A DNA stretch of 60,561 nt from a virus: positions 1 through 60,561 of IMG/VR virus record IMGVR_UViG_3300034069_000591; one strand, written 5' to 3'. Below the pieces are notes generated by a model, which saw only the letters and a program-made list of their open reading frames with translations, did no database searches and was not told the DNA's origin. This document shows positions 34,157 through 43,864 of this stretch, piece after piece. A program made the position numbers and the translations under genes. Within the stretch, counting starts at the first letter, position 1. Each line of letters begins with the position of its first letter.

Positions 34157-34369
34157 ATGGCCGACCAGACGCCCCGCTCCTACTCCACCGACGACGTCGT
34201 CGTCACCGTCGAGGGCGGCGAGAAGCGCACCCTCGCCGGGTGGCTCGGATCCGGTGAGGAGGCCAAGACGATCGCGGTCGAGGACCTCGACGGGAACGCG
34301 TTCGACTTCGACGACCCGACCGGGATCCCCGCCGACGTCGTCGTCTACGTCGACGGGCGCCCCGAGTGA
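34157..34369 (+). CDS. hypothetical protein (70 aa)
   Basis: GAGAGGA SD 7 nt upstream of the ATG. Confidence 0.55.
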   Translation: MADQTPRSYSTDDVVVTVEGGEKRTLAGWLGSGEEAKTIAVEDLDGNAFDFDDPTGIPADVVVYVDGRPE

Positions 34370-34791
34370 CCTTCAGCTACGCGGGCCCGAACGCGCAGGG
34401 GGCGTTCCCGACCCCCAAGGACGAGGTCCGGTTCCTGATCGAGGACCAGCTCGAGGGACCGTTCTCGATCAGCGACGAGGACATCGCGTATTACCTCGTC
34501 GCCGCGGGCCAGAACGTCCGCACCGCCGCGGCCGTCGCCGCCCGCAAGCGCGCCGGCCTCTACTCCGCGACCGCGAAGAAGCAGATCACCGTCGGCCCGT
34601 TCTCGACCACGAAGGACTACTCGCAGAACGCCGCCGACATGCGCATGCTCGCCGCGTCCCTCGCCGACGGCACCGCGACCGCCGGCGGCGTTCCGGTCGT
34701 CGGCCTCGGCGACGGCTACGACGACGACCAGCCGCCCGTGTTCGGCATCGGCATGACCGACGGCGCCGGGTTCCCCGAGCGCTACCGGTGA
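34366..34791 (+). CDS. head-tail adaptor/connector protein
   Basis: 141 aa. Call rests on position and on the KDEVRFLIEDQ..ISDEDIAYYL motif common in actinophage adaptors. Confidence 0.55.
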   Translation: MTFSYAGPNAQGAFPTPKDEVRFLIEDQLEGPFSISDEDIAYYLVAAGQNVRTAAAVAARKRAGLYSATAKKQITVGPFSTTKDYSQNAADMRMLAASLADGTATAGGVPVVGLGDGYDDDQPPVFGIGMTDGAGFPERYR

Positions 34792-35150
34792 CGTTCGACA
34801 CCGACCTCCTCGAGGTCATGACCAGCACGCCGCTGCTCCTCCCGCAGGGCGGACCCGCGCAGTACGGCCGCCGCGCCTACGGTTCCCCCGTCCCGATGCG
34901 CGCCTACTGGGTAGCGGGCGGCTCGACGACCGAGGGATCCGAGGGCGAGTCCGCGAACACCTCGGGGACGCTGTACCTCCCGCCGCCGGCGTACTGGCCC
35001 GACGTCGACCCGCCGTTCGCGCCTTTCACCCGGTTCCCGACCGTCGACGACGGCCTCGAGCTGCCCGACGGGTCGCGGCCGACCATCGCAAAGGTCACCG
35101 TCTACCGTGACGAGGACGGCGAGTACGGGGCGGAGGTGGAGTACGCATGA
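34788..35150 (+). CDS. head-tail connector protein (120 aa)
   Basis: GTGA overlap. Call rests on position. Confidence 0.5.
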   Translation: MTFDTDLLEVMTSTPLLLPQGGPAQYGRRAYGSPVPMRAYWVAGGSTTEGSEGESANTSGTLYLPPPAYWPDVDPPFAPFTRFPTVDDGLELPDGSRPTIAKVTVYRDEDGEYGAEVEYA

Positions 35151-35563
35151 TGCACGCGTTCAAGGTCGACAAGCGGGGCATGGACTTCCGGCTCAAGACC
35201 GTCGCCGACGGCGCCCCGCAGGCGGCCGCTCGAGCGATCCACGAGGGGATGCAGGGCGCGTTCCGGCAGTCGCAGCGCGAGGTGCCTGTCTCGCCTCGGC
35301 AGAAGGGCCGCACGTCCGGCACGCTCAAGAACAGCGGGCAGCTCAAGGATCCCGAGATGATCGGCGACGCCCGCGTCGAGGTCGCGATCACCTACGGCGG
35401 CGCCGCGACCGCGTACGCCGAGGTTCAGCACGAGAACCGCACCCTCAACCACCCGCTCGGCGGCAAGGGCGGGTACGTCATCGACCCCGTGCGCGCGGCC
35501 GTGCCCGACATGCAGCGCCGCCTCGAGCTCGCGCTCAAGCGCCTCGGGACGGCGAGCTCGTGA
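35147..35563 (+). CDS. HK97 gp10-like head-tail joining protein
   Basis: GTLKNSG...ITYGGAATAYAEVQHE pattern. Confidence 0.55.
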   Translation: MMHAFKVDKRGMDFRLKTVADGAPQAAARAIHEGMQGAFRQSQREVPVSPRQKGRTSGTLKNSGQLKDPEMIGDARVEVAITYGGAATAYAEVQHENRTLNHPLGGKGGYVIDPVRAAVPDMQRRLELALKRLGTASS

Positions 35564-36036
35564 GCGCCGCGCAGCCGGCCCTCGAGCCGAACACGTGGCT
35601 CGACGCGCTCGCGCTGTTCGCGCTCGACAACGGCCTCGGGGACTTCGGGATCGTCGACGTCGGCCGCCGTTCCGACGACCAGGACCTCCCGGCCGCCTGC
35701 ATCATCCTCACCGAGGTCCGCGGCCTCGTCTCGAGCACGATGGGTTGGGGCAACGACGTGATCGGCCCCTACGCGAACCTCTACGTCCGCGGCGAGCCCG
35801 ACGACTACCTCGGCCCCCGCAACGCCGTCTGGCGCCTGATGACGCTCCTCCACCGCGCTGGGCAGCTCGCCCCCACCATCCACGGGTTCCCGTTCCTGAT
35901 GATCGGCGGCGACAACGCCCCGACGCCGAACCCGCTCGGCCGCGATGAGCAGCGCCGCGCGCAGTGGTCCGTCGACGTCCCGGTATGGCTCCGCGTCGTC
36001 TCCCCGGTCGCTCCCGTGATCGTGGCGGCGCCGTGA
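35560..36036 (+). CDS. tail terminator-like protein (158 aa)
   Basis: GTGA overlap. Positioned upstream of the tail tube genes. Confidence 0.5.
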   Translation: MSAAQPALEPNTWLDALALFALDNGLGDFGIVDVGRRSDDQDLPAACIILTEVRGLVSSTMGWGNDVIGPYANLYVRGEPDDYLGPRNAVWRLMTLLHRAGQLAPTIHGFPFLMIGGDNAPTPNPLGRDEQRRAQWSVDVPVWLRVVSPVAPVIVAAP

Positions 36037-36338
36037 GCGTCGACCGCGAGGACCTCATCGTCGCCGTCGACGCCGTCATCGCGAGCATGCTCACGCTCCG
36101 CAAGCTGCTCGAGCAGCCCGGCGAGCTCGACGAGCAGCCCGTCGAGCTCGACCCGTGGCAGGAGGAGTGCCCCGAACGCGAGGGCAAGCCGCACCGCGTC
36201 GAGTGGGTGCGGGGCGCGTTCACCCCGGAGGGCGTCGAGCAGGGCGTCTGCCACGCGTGCGGCGCCGAGTTCGAGCGTCCGGCCCCGACGGACGCTGTCG
36301 GCGTGTCAGGCCCGGAGGAGGGCGAGGAGCAGCCCTAG
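36033..36338 (+). CDS. hypothetical protein (101 aa)
   Basis: GTGA overlap. Confidence 0.5.
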   Translation: MSVDREDLIVAVDAVIASMLTLRKLLEQPGELDEQPVELDPWQEECPEREGKPHRVEWVRGAFTPEGVEQGVCHACGAEFERPAPTDAVGVSGPEEGEEQP

Positions 36339-36361
36339 CCTCCACTCCGAGAGGGGGGCGG

Positions 36362-37096
36362 ATGCCCATTCACGGCAAGGCGACGAGCATCGTCCTCGGC
36401 GCGTACCCCATCCACCAGTGGTTCAACGACATGTCGACCGCGGAGTCGCAGGACACCGCCGAGACGACCGCGTTTCAGGACCAGGACAAGACCTACGTCA
36501 TCGGCCTCTCCGACGCGACCGTCGACGCGTCCGGCCGCTACGAGGGCAACGTCGGCGAGATCCGCGACATCGTCCGCCAGCAGATCAGCACGCAGGGCGA
36601 GTCGGTGCTCACGGTCGGCTGGGGGATGGGCGGCCCGAAGGCGGGCAACCCGTGCGAGTTCGGCCGCGAGCTGCACACCGCCTGGGGCATCACCTCCCCC
36701 ATGGACGGGATCGTCTCGACGTCGCTGTCCGCGCAGGTCAACGACGGCCTCGCGCACGGCAAGCACCTCCTCGACCTCGTCTCCCGGACCGTGACGACGA
36801 CCGGCCCCACCGTGCAGCTCGACGCCGCAATCCCGGCGGGGATGCGATGGGCCGCCGCGTTCCACCGCACGGCCGCGACCGGCTCCGCCGTCTCAGCCCT
36901 CAAGATCCAGACCTCGGCCGACGGCTCGACCGGCTGGACCGACCTCGCCGGGGCCACCACAACGTTCGCGGCGACGGCCAAGGGCTCCGTGCTCGTGGCC
37001 GGCACCGCGACCACCGCCGGCGCGTTCGTGCGCGCCGTCGAGACCATCACCGGCACCGGGGCCAGCACCGCGCTCGCGGCGTTCGGCCTCTACTGA
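36362..37096 (+). CDS. major tail (tube) protein paralogue with a C-terminal extension (244 aa)
   Basis: The N-terminus MPIHGKAT...TAESQDTAETTAFQDQDKTYVIG aligns with the next gene. SD GAGAGGGGGG upstream. Confidence 0.6.
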   Translation: MPIHGKATSIVLGAYPIHQWFNDMSTAESQDTAETTAFQDQDKTYVIGLSDATVDASGRYEGNVGEIRDIVRQQISTQGESVLTVGWGMGGPKAGNPCEFGRELHTAWGITSPMDGIVSTSLSAQVNDGLAHGKHLLDLVSRTVTTTGPTVQLDAAIPAGMRWAAAFHRTAATGSAVSALKIQTSADGSTGWTDLAGATTTFAATAKGSVLVAGTATTAGAFVRAVETITGTGASTALAAFGLY

Positions 37097-37111
37097 GAAG
37101 GAGCCTGATCC

Positions 37112-37537
37112 ATGCCCAACCACGGCAAGGTCACCTACGTCGGCATGGACAACGCGTCCGGCACGCTGACGGACATCAGCGCATACTCGCGCTCCGCTTC
37201 CCCGTCCGAGTCGATCGACACCGCGGAGTCGACCAACTTCGGGCAGAACGACAAGACGTACGTCATCGGCCAGGGCGACGAGACGTTCTCGGTCGAGGGC
37301 ACGTTCGAGACGGCGTTCCTCACGATGGTCCGCCAGGTGAAGGCGGCGCAGCAGGCCGGCACGCAGCCGACCTGCACCGTCCGGTTCGGCCCCGCCGGCT
37401 CCGGCACCGGCAAGTACTTCAGCGAGCGGGAGACGCTCATCACCGGCATCAACGTCTCCTCCAGCACCGGAGACTTGGTCACCATGACCGTTGACTTCCA
37501 GCGGACTGGGTCGACGACCGAGGGCGTCTTCCCCTGA
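37112..37537 (+). CDS. major tail (tube) protein (141 aa)
   Basis: MPNHGKVT...TAESTNFGQNDKTYVIG. AAGGAG SD upstream. Lies directly upstream of the chaperone genes. Confidence 0.65.
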   Translation: MPNHGKVTYVGMDNASGTLTDISAYSRSASPSESIDTAESTNFGQNDKTYVIGQGDETFSVEGTFETAFLTMVRQVKAAQQAGTQPTCTVRFGPAGSGTGKYFSERETLITGINVSSSTGDLVTMTVDFQRTGSTTEGVFP

Positions 37538-37557
37538 TCGAGTAGAAGGGCCCACCT

Positions 37558-38004
37558 ATGGGTGCCAAGTCGCAGCGGATCGCCGCTGTCCAGGACTCCG
37601 AGCGCGAGGTCGTCTCCGTCCCCGAGTGGGACGGGGAGCGCTTCGAGGTCCGGTCGCTCACGCTCGCGGAGCGCAACCGCATCGCCATGGCGACGCGGGA
37701 CAAGAAGGGCAACACCGAGGTCAACCGGTACTACGCGGCGCTCGTGATCGCGTCCGCGTTCGTGCCGGAGGACGAGGTCGGCGCGGGCGAGCGCGCGTTC
37801 GACCACTCGGACATGGACATGCTCCAGGGTAAGAACGGCGCCGCGACGGACCGTCTCGCCAAGGTGGCGATGCGACTGTCCGGCCTCACCAACGACGACG
37901 ACTCCGACGGCGACGACGAGGAGCAGAAGTCGTCGCTCGAGGAGGCGATCGAGACGGCGGGAAAAGCCTCCTCCTCGACGGGGACCTCCGAGCCCGCTTC
38001 ATAG
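37558..38004 (+). CDS. tail assembly chaperone (gpG-like)
   Basis: 148 aa between the tube and tape-measure genes. Contains the slippery G_GGA_AAA near its 3' end. Confidence 0.8.
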   Translation: MGAKSQRIAAVQDSEREVVSVPEWDGERFEVRSLTLAERNRIAMATRDKKGNTEVNRYYAALVIASAFVPEDEVGAGERAFDHSDMDMLQGKNGAATDRLAKVAMRLSGLTNDDDSDGDDEEQKSSLEEAIETAGKASSSTGTSEPAS

Positions 38005-38132
38005 TCGCGGAGCGGATCGGATGCACCGTCTCGGAGCTCGAGGAGCGGATGAGCACCGCCGAGTGGGCGATGTGGCTAGCGGTGCTGACGATCGTCGAAC
38101 CGGCTGAACGCGAGGAGGCCCGGAGGGGCTGA
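37558..38132 (+). CDS. tail assembly chaperone frameshift product (gpGT-like, -1 at 37959-37965)
   Basis: The -1 frame is open from 37965 to TGA 38130-38132 and encodes ...FIVAERIGCTVSELEERMSTAEWAMWLAVL... Confidence 0.7.
37959..37965 (+). other. programmed -1 ribosomal frameshift slippery heptamer G_GGA_AAA
   Basis: Zero-frame codons are GCG GGA AAA GCC, which fit the X_XXY_YYZ pattern. Confidence 0.7.
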
Positions 38133-38150
38133 ACCAGGAGAGGAGGTCGG

Positions 38151-41100
38151 GTGTCTGACGTCAACATCACCGCCGGCGGTGACGTCACCGACCTCCTCTC
38201 GGCCATGGCGAAGGCCGGCAAGGCCGGCGGCAAGATGGCCTCCGACCTCGAGCGGGCGGGCCAGCAGGGCGCGAAGTCGACCGAGTCCTCCTCGCAGTCG
38301 ATCGTCGGGTCGCTCAAGAAGATCGCGGCCGGCGCGGGGCTGCTCGTCGCCGGCAAGGCCGTCCTCGGGTTCACGAAGCAGCTCGTCGACGCCGCGGCCG
38401 AGTCGCAGGTCGTCGGCGCGCAGACGGACGCGGTCCTCAAGTCGACCGCGAACGCAGCGGGGCTGACCGCGAAGGGGGTCGGCGACCTCGCGACCGCGAT
38501 CAGCAAGAAGAACGCCGTCGACGACGAGGGCGCGCAGTCCGGCCTCAACATGCTGCTCACGTTCAAGAACATCCGGAACGAGGCCGGCAAGGGCAACGAC
38601 GTCTTCAACCAGACGGGGCAGACCCTCGCCGACATGTCGAGGGCCATGGGCACCGACATGTCGACGTCGGCGATCCAGCTCGGGAAGGCGCTAAACGACC
38701 CGGTCAAGGGCGTCGGTGCCCTGTCCAAGGTCGGCGTCACGTTCGACGACCAGCAGAAGTCGATGATCAAGTCCATGGTCGCCTCGGGCGACGTGATGGG
38801 CGCGCAGAAGGTCATCCTGAAGGAGCTCAACGGGGAGTTCGGCGGGTCGGGGGCCAAGTACGCCGAGACCTACGCGGGCAAGATGGACGCCCTCAAGATC
38901 GCGGGCGGCAACCTCCAGGAGACGCTCGGCGGTCTGCTGCTGCCCGTGCTGTCCAAGCTCGCCGGCGTGGCCACGAAGGGCCTCGACTGGCTCACGAAGG
39001 ACCAGGGCGGGTTCTCGATCTTCACCAACGCGGCGAAGGACGCGTTCGGGCAGCTCCTCCCCGTGATCCAGCCCCTCGTCGCCGGGTTCCAGACCGCGCT
39101 CGGCCCGGCCGTCGGCGGGCTCGGGAAGGACTTCCTCGCGCTGCTCCCGGCCCTCTCGCCGGTCATGACGATCCTCAAGGCGCTCGCGCCGCAGTTCCCG
39201 CTCCTCGCGGGCATGATCGGCACCCTCGCCGGCGTGCTGGTCGGCGGCCTTATGCAGGTCCTCCCGACCATCGCGGGCCTGTTCACGACCCTCGGCGGGG
39301 TGCTTGGCACCGTGTTCGCCGCGGTCGTCCCGATCGTCGTTCAGCTCGTCACGCAGCTCGCCGGGATCTTCACCGAGCTCATGCCGTCGATCACGACCAT
39401 CGTGCAGCTCATCAGTGGTGCGCTCGCGGGCGCCATGACGACCTTGGCGCCGATCATCGCGCAGGTCGCCGGCGTCATGGGGCACCTCGTCACCGACGCC
39501 CTCGGCGTGCTCGCGCCGATCCTGCCCGTCGTCGCCGGCCTGATTATCGACCTCGTCGCCGCGCTGCTGCCCGTCGTCGGCGCGGTCCTCAAGCTCGTCG
39601 CGCCGCTCGCCGGCGCGCTGCTCCCGCTGCTCTCGCAGCTCGCCGGGGCGGTGCTGCCCCTCGTCGGGACCGTCATCACCGCGCTCCTGCCGATCATCAC
39701 CCCGCTGGTCAAGATCCTCGGGACGACCCTCGTCAAGGTCATCAGCGCCCTCCTCCCGATCGTCTCGGCCGTGTTCGGGGCGCTCGTGCCGATCATCAGC
39801 GGCGCGATCACCGTCGTCACCGGCGTCATCGACGTCTTCACGGGGCTGCTCACCGGGAACTGGTCCAAGGTCTGGGGCGGCCTCGGCAAGATCGTCTCGG
39901 GCGCATTCCAGGTCGTCGTCGGCGTGCTCACGGGGGCGGTCGGGATCGTCGTCGCGGCGGTCAAGGGGATCGTCACCGGCGGCATCGCCGCGTTCCAGGG
40001 GTTCGTCTCCGGGGTCGCCTCGATCGGCGGCAACGTCGTGCAGGGCATCGTCGACGGCATCACCGGCGCCGGAGACTCGGTGCTCAAGGCGATCGGCGGC
40101 GTCGTCTCCGGCGCGATCGACTGGGCGAAGAGCCTCCTCGGGATCCACTCCCCGTCCAAGGTGTTCAAGGCCATCGGCGAGTTCGTCAACGCCGGCTTCC
40201 GAGACGGCCTCAACGGCTCCGCCGGCGAGGTGCAGAAGGCCATGACGAGCCTCGTCTCCAAGGTCACGGGCGCGTTCGACTCTCTGATCGCGAACCGGAC
40301 CGCCGCGCAGAAGAAGCTCGACAAGCTCGAGGACCAGTACAAGGACGCCTCGGCGAAGCGGAAGAAGGTGCTCGCCGGGCAGATCGACGACGAGAAGAAG
40401 GTCATCGCCGCGATCAACAAGGACCTCCCGTCGAAGAAGCAGCGCGGGGGCCTGATCGACAAGCTCCAGTCCGACACGAAGGCCCTCGGGACCCTCGCGC
40501 GCGAGCGCGACCGCGTCGCCGACCGCCTCGCCAAGGCGCAGGACAAGCTCGCCGGGCTCAAGGACGACAAGAAGCAGATGCAGGCGGACGTCGCGTCCAA
40601 CGCGATCGCCGGCGGCGACGTCGTCAACAGCTACGGCAAGGCGGTGCAGGACCGGCTCGACGCGATCGCGAAGGCCGACGACGACGCGAAGGACGCCCGC
40701 GATCAGGTCACCGACCTGACCTCCGACCTCGCCGATGCGGCCAAGACCCTCGCGCAGCAGCAGGCCGACCGGCAGACGATCAACGACAAGCTGAACCTCG
40801 CGCTCCAGCAGTCGACGACCGGGTCCGCGAGCGACCGCAACAAGGCCGTCGCCGACATCATCCAGTACACCGCCGACCTGAAGAAGGCAGACGGCGCGGT
40901 CGCTGATGCGGCGAAGGCGGCCGACGGCGTGCAGGGGAAGCTCGACGCCGCGAACAAGGCCGTCTCCGACGCCTCGACTGCGGGCGCGAAGGCGCAGGCG
41001 TCCAACCCCGTCTCCTCGATCGTCGACACCCTCAAGAAGCAGGTCGCGGACACGCAGGAGTTCCAGACGCTGCTCGCGCAGCTCAAGACCAAGGGCCTCG

Positions 41101-41864
41101 ACCAGACGTCCTACTCGCAGCTCGTCGCCGGCGGCGTCGAGAACGGGCTCGCGACGGCCAAGGCCCTCGCCTCCGACGGGTCCGGCGCCGTGCAGCAGAT
41201 CGCCGCGCTCCAGGGGCAGCTCGACACCGCGGCGAACCAGCTCGGGACCTCGACGTCCAAGCAGATGTACGACGCCGGGATCGCCGCCGCGCAGGCGAAC
41301 GTCACGGCGCTGACGTCGCAGGCGACCTCGATCGACGCGGCGATCGGCGTCCTCGAGCAGGCTGCCCTCAACCGGGTCAAGGGCCTCGGGATCAACACGT
41401 CCGGGGCGATGAAGGACGCCGGCCGCGACATCGTCAAGGGCCTCGCGCAGGGCGTGAAGGCCAACGCGAAGAACCTCGACGACGTGTTCGACGACCTCTC
41501 CAAGGGGGCGGTCAACCGGCTGAAGAAGGCCCTCGGGATCAAGTCCCCGTCGCGGGTGATGGACCGCGAGGTCGGGCAGATGATGGGCGCCGGCGTCGTG
41601 CAGGGCGTGAAGCGCACCTACTCCGACGTCAACGCGGCCGTCTCCGGCCTCGTGAGCGTCCCGCGGGTGTCCGGCTCCAGCGTCGGCCCCGCGTCGGCCG
41701 TGAGCGGCGCGAGGGGCGCGGGCGGGGCCGGTTCCGGCGACACCCACCACCACGAGTGGCACCTCGAGGTGCCCGCCGGTGCCGACCGCGACGACGTCGA
41801 GTACGCCGAGAACCTCCTCGGCAAGGTACGGTTCGCCGTCGAGTCGCTCACCGGAGGGCAGTAG
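38151..41864 (+). CDS. tape measure protein
   Basis: 1237 aa. Central Gly/Ala/Val/Leu-rich hydrophobic block and long coiled-coil region. AGGAGAGGAGG SD upstream. Confidence 0.9.
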   Translation: MSDVNITAGGDVTDLLSAMAKAGKAGGKMASDLERAGQQGAKSTESSSQSIVGSLKKIAAGAGLLVAGKAVLGFTKQLVDAAAESQVVGAQTDAVLKSTANAAGLTAKGVGDLATAISKKNAVDDEGAQSGLNMLLTFKNIRNEAGKGNDVFNQTGQTLADMSRAMGTDMSTSAIQLGKALNDPVKGVGALSKVGVTFDDQQKSMIKSMVASGDVMGAQKVILKELNGEFGGSGAKYAETYAGKMDALKIAGGNLQETLGGLLLPVLSKLAGVATKGLDWLTKDQGGFSIFTNAAKDAFGQLLPVIQPLVAGFQTALGPAVGGLGKDFLALLPALSPVMTILKALAPQFPLLAGMIGTLAGVLVGGLMQVLPTIAGLFTTLGGVLGTVFAAVVPIVVQLVTQLAGIFTELMPSITTIVQLISGALAGAMTTLAPIIAQVAGVMGHLVTDALGVLAPILPVVAGLIIDLVAALLPVVGAVLKLVAPLAGALLPLLSQLAGAVLPLVGTVITALLPIITPLVKILGTTLVKVISALLPIVSAVFGALVPIISGAITVVTGVIDVFTGLLTGNWSKVWGGLGKIVSGAFQVVVGVLTGAVGIVVAAVKGIVTGGIAAFQGFVSGVASIGGNVVQGIVDGITGAGDSVLKAIGGVVSGAIDWAKSLLGIHSPSKVFKAIGEFVNAGFRDGLNGSAGEVQKAMTSLVSKVTGAFDSLIANRTAAQKKLDKLEDQYKDASAKRKKVLAGQIDDEKKVIAAINKDLPSKKQRGGLIDKLQSDTKALGTLARERDRVADRLAKAQDKLAGLKDDKKQMQADVASNAIAGGDVVNSYGKAVQDRLDAIAKADDDAKDARDQVTDLTSDLADAAKTLAQQQADRQTINDKLNLALQQSTTGSASDRNKAVADIIQYTADLKKADGAVADAAKAADGVQGKLDAANKAVSDASTAGAKAQASNPVSSIVDTLKKQVADTQEFQTLLAQLKTKGLDQTSYSQLVAGGVENGLATAKALASDGSGAVQQIAALQGQLDTAANQLGTSTSKQMYDAGIAAAQANVTALTSQATSIDAAIGVLEQAALNRVKGLGINTSGAMKDAGRDIVKGLAQGVKANAKNLDDVFDDLSKGAVNRLKKALGIKSPSRVMDREVGQMMGAGVVQGVKRTYSDVNAAVSGLVSVPRVSGSSVGPASAVSGARGAGGAGSGDTHHHEWHLEVPAGADRDDVEYAENLLGKVRFAVESLTGGQ

Positions 41865-41866
41865 CC

Positions 41867-42730
41867 ATGGTCGCCACGATGACGGTCACCCTCGGCGAGC
41901 TGACCCTCACGGACGACCCGGTCGGCGACCCGTCGTGGAAGGTGCAGGAGCTCGACGGCTGGTGGTCGCCGCCGCCCGTCGAGACCAACATCGAGAACAT
42001 CCCCCTCGGCGACGGCGGGTTCGACGCCCCGACGTTCCGCCGGCCCAAGACGTTCTCGATCAACGGCGTCGTGCAGGCGTCGACCCGCGCCGCCGCGCGC
42101 ACGGCCGCGTGGGACCGCCTCGCGGGCCTGTCGCCCACCGGTGGCCCGATGACCCTCACCGTCATGGACGAGGCCGGGACGCGGCAGATGCAGGTCCGCC
42201 TCGCCTCCAACCCGCAGGTCCTCCCCTACGGCGGGCAGCGCGCGTTCTTTCAGATCCCGCTCGTCGCCGCCGACGGTCGCAAGTACGGCCCGCTCATCAG
42301 CCAGCAGCGCGGGATCGGGCTCCCCGCGGCGACCGACGGCCTCACCTTCCCCCTGTTCTCGGACGGCACCCTGTCGTTCGGATCCTTCACCGGCACGAAC
42401 AGCGTCGCGCTCGCCAACACCGGCACCGCCCCGACGTTCCCGACGTTCGCCGTCTCCGGGTACTTCGACTCCGCCGGGTTCGTGATCGTCTCCGACGCCG
42501 GCGAGGTCATCACCTTCCAGCGCACCGTCTCGCCCGGCTCGACCGTGATCCTCTCGCCCTACGCTGGCGGCCGAGCGACGATCGACGGCTCCGACCAGAC
42601 CACCTACCTCACGTCCCCGAGCTGGACCCCGATCCCGCCGAAGGGCTCGCGCGCCTACACCCTGTTCGCCGCCGGGCAGTCCGACGCCGGGGCCGGCATG
42701 ACCGTCACCTACAGAGAGGCATGGTGGTGA
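41867..42730 (+). CDS. distal tail protein (Dit-like)
   Basis: 287 aa immediately after the tape measure gene. Confidence 0.6.
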   Translation: MVATMTVTLGELTLTDDPVGDPSWKVQELDGWWSPPPVETNIENIPLGDGGFDAPTFRRPKTFSINGVVQASTRAAARTAAWDRLAGLSPTGGPMTLTVMDEAGTRQMQVRLASNPQVLPYGGQRAFFQIPLVAADGRKYGPLISQQRGIGLPAATDGLTFPLFSDGTLSFGSFTGTNSVALANTGTAPTFPTFAVSGYFDSAGFVIVSDAGEVITFQRTVSPGSTVILSPYAGGRATIDGSDQTTYLTSPSWTPIPPKGSRAYTLFAAGQSDAGAGMTVTYREAWW

Positions 42731-42733
42731 CCG

Positions 42734-43861
42734 ATGGTCAACATCGACACGGGCCTGTTCATCAACACCCCGACCAAGGCCGACCTCGCCACCGCGGCGA
42801 TGGCGCGCCGTGCGCTCTCCGCGCTGCTCGTCTCCGACGTCGCCGCGGGCATCCCGAAGCCGGGCGTGATCCAGAACGGCAACAACCCGTTCGCGGTCGG
42901 CTCCGCGTCCTCGAGCGCCCTCACGCTGAACCTCAACCCCGGCTACGCCGTCACGACCCGGTCCGCGTCGCCCGGCCTCGGCGGCTACCTCGTCGGCTCG
43001 TCGACCACGGTCCCGCTGACCCTCACGGCCGCGTCCGCGAGCAACCCGCGCATCGACACCGTCTACGTCTGCCAGCCCGACCCCGAGGCCGGCGATGCCA
43101 CCCACGCGCGAATCGACGCTCTCGTCGGCACCCCCGCGGCGTCGCCGACCGCGCCCGCCGCGACGGGCCTCCCGCAGGGCGCGCTCGTGCTGTTCGACGC
43201 CCTCGTCCCCGCCGGCGCGACCGCGGGCACCGCCGTGCAGATCACCGACCGCCGCACCTACACCGGCCTCGTCACCGGCATGCCCGTCTACGCGAACAAC
43301 GCCGCGCTCCCCGCGAACCCCGGCGCGTACGGCGCGCTCGCCGTCGTCCTCGCGTACACCACGAACAACGGCACCTCCGCGACCAACATGGTCGTCCGCT
43401 ACAACGGGACCGCCTGGAAGCCGTGGGACTGCGAGTGGCAGACGTGGACCAACCCGCAGGTGTCCGGCCTCCAGGGCTCGCAGAACGCCGACCCCGGGTG
43501 GGGCTTCACCCGCCAGCCCGAGTGGCGCGTCGCCGCCGGACGCGTCACCTACCGCGGGACGATCCGGCAGACCAACGGGTCGTTCAACGGCAACCCGTCG
43601 CTCTACATCCAGCAGCCGATCCTCGCGCGATCGCAGGAGTACGAGGGCGCCTTCATGGGCGTGCAGGGCAGCAACCCGGGCACGATCATCAAGCTCTCCG
43701 GCCGGCAGAACGGGCAGCAGTTCCTGGGGCTCGACTACTGGGCCGCCTCGGGCGCCGGGCAGTACGCCTACGTCTCCCGGTGGAACATGTACGGCAACAC
43801 CCCGTTCGTCTGGAACGACGGGTCGCTGTACTACTGGGACTACACCTACGACCAGGCGTAG
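42734..43861 (+). CDS. minor tail protein / putative receptor-binding protein
   Basis: 375 aa. The ASNPRIDTVYV motif is common in actinophage minor tail proteins. Trp/Tyr-rich C-terminal domain. Confidence 0.6.
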   Translation: MVNIDTGLFINTPTKADLATAAMARRALSALLVSDVAAGIPKPGVIQNGNNPFAVGSASSSALTLNLNPGYAVTTRSASPGLGGYLVGSSTTVPLTLTAASASNPRIDTVYVCQPDPEAGDATHARIDALVGTPAASPTAPAATGLPQGALVLFDALVPAGATAGTAVQITDRRTYTGLVTGMPVYANNAALPANPGAYGALAVVLAYTTNNGTSATNMVVRYNGTAWKPWDCEWQTWTNPQVSGLQGSQNADPGWGFTRQPEWRVAAGRVTYRGTIRQTNGSFNGNPSLYIQQPILARSQEYEGAFMGVQGSNPGTIIKLSGRQNGQQFLGLDYWAASGAGQYAYVSRWNMYGNTPFVWNDGSLYYWDYTYDQA

Positions 43862-43864
43862 ACC

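Noticed and set aside
39000-40100. Repetitive hydrophobic LLP/VxG-rich block in the tape measure protein as an embedded separate feature
   Set aside because: This is typical tape-measure composition. The reading frame is continuous and there are no independent signals.
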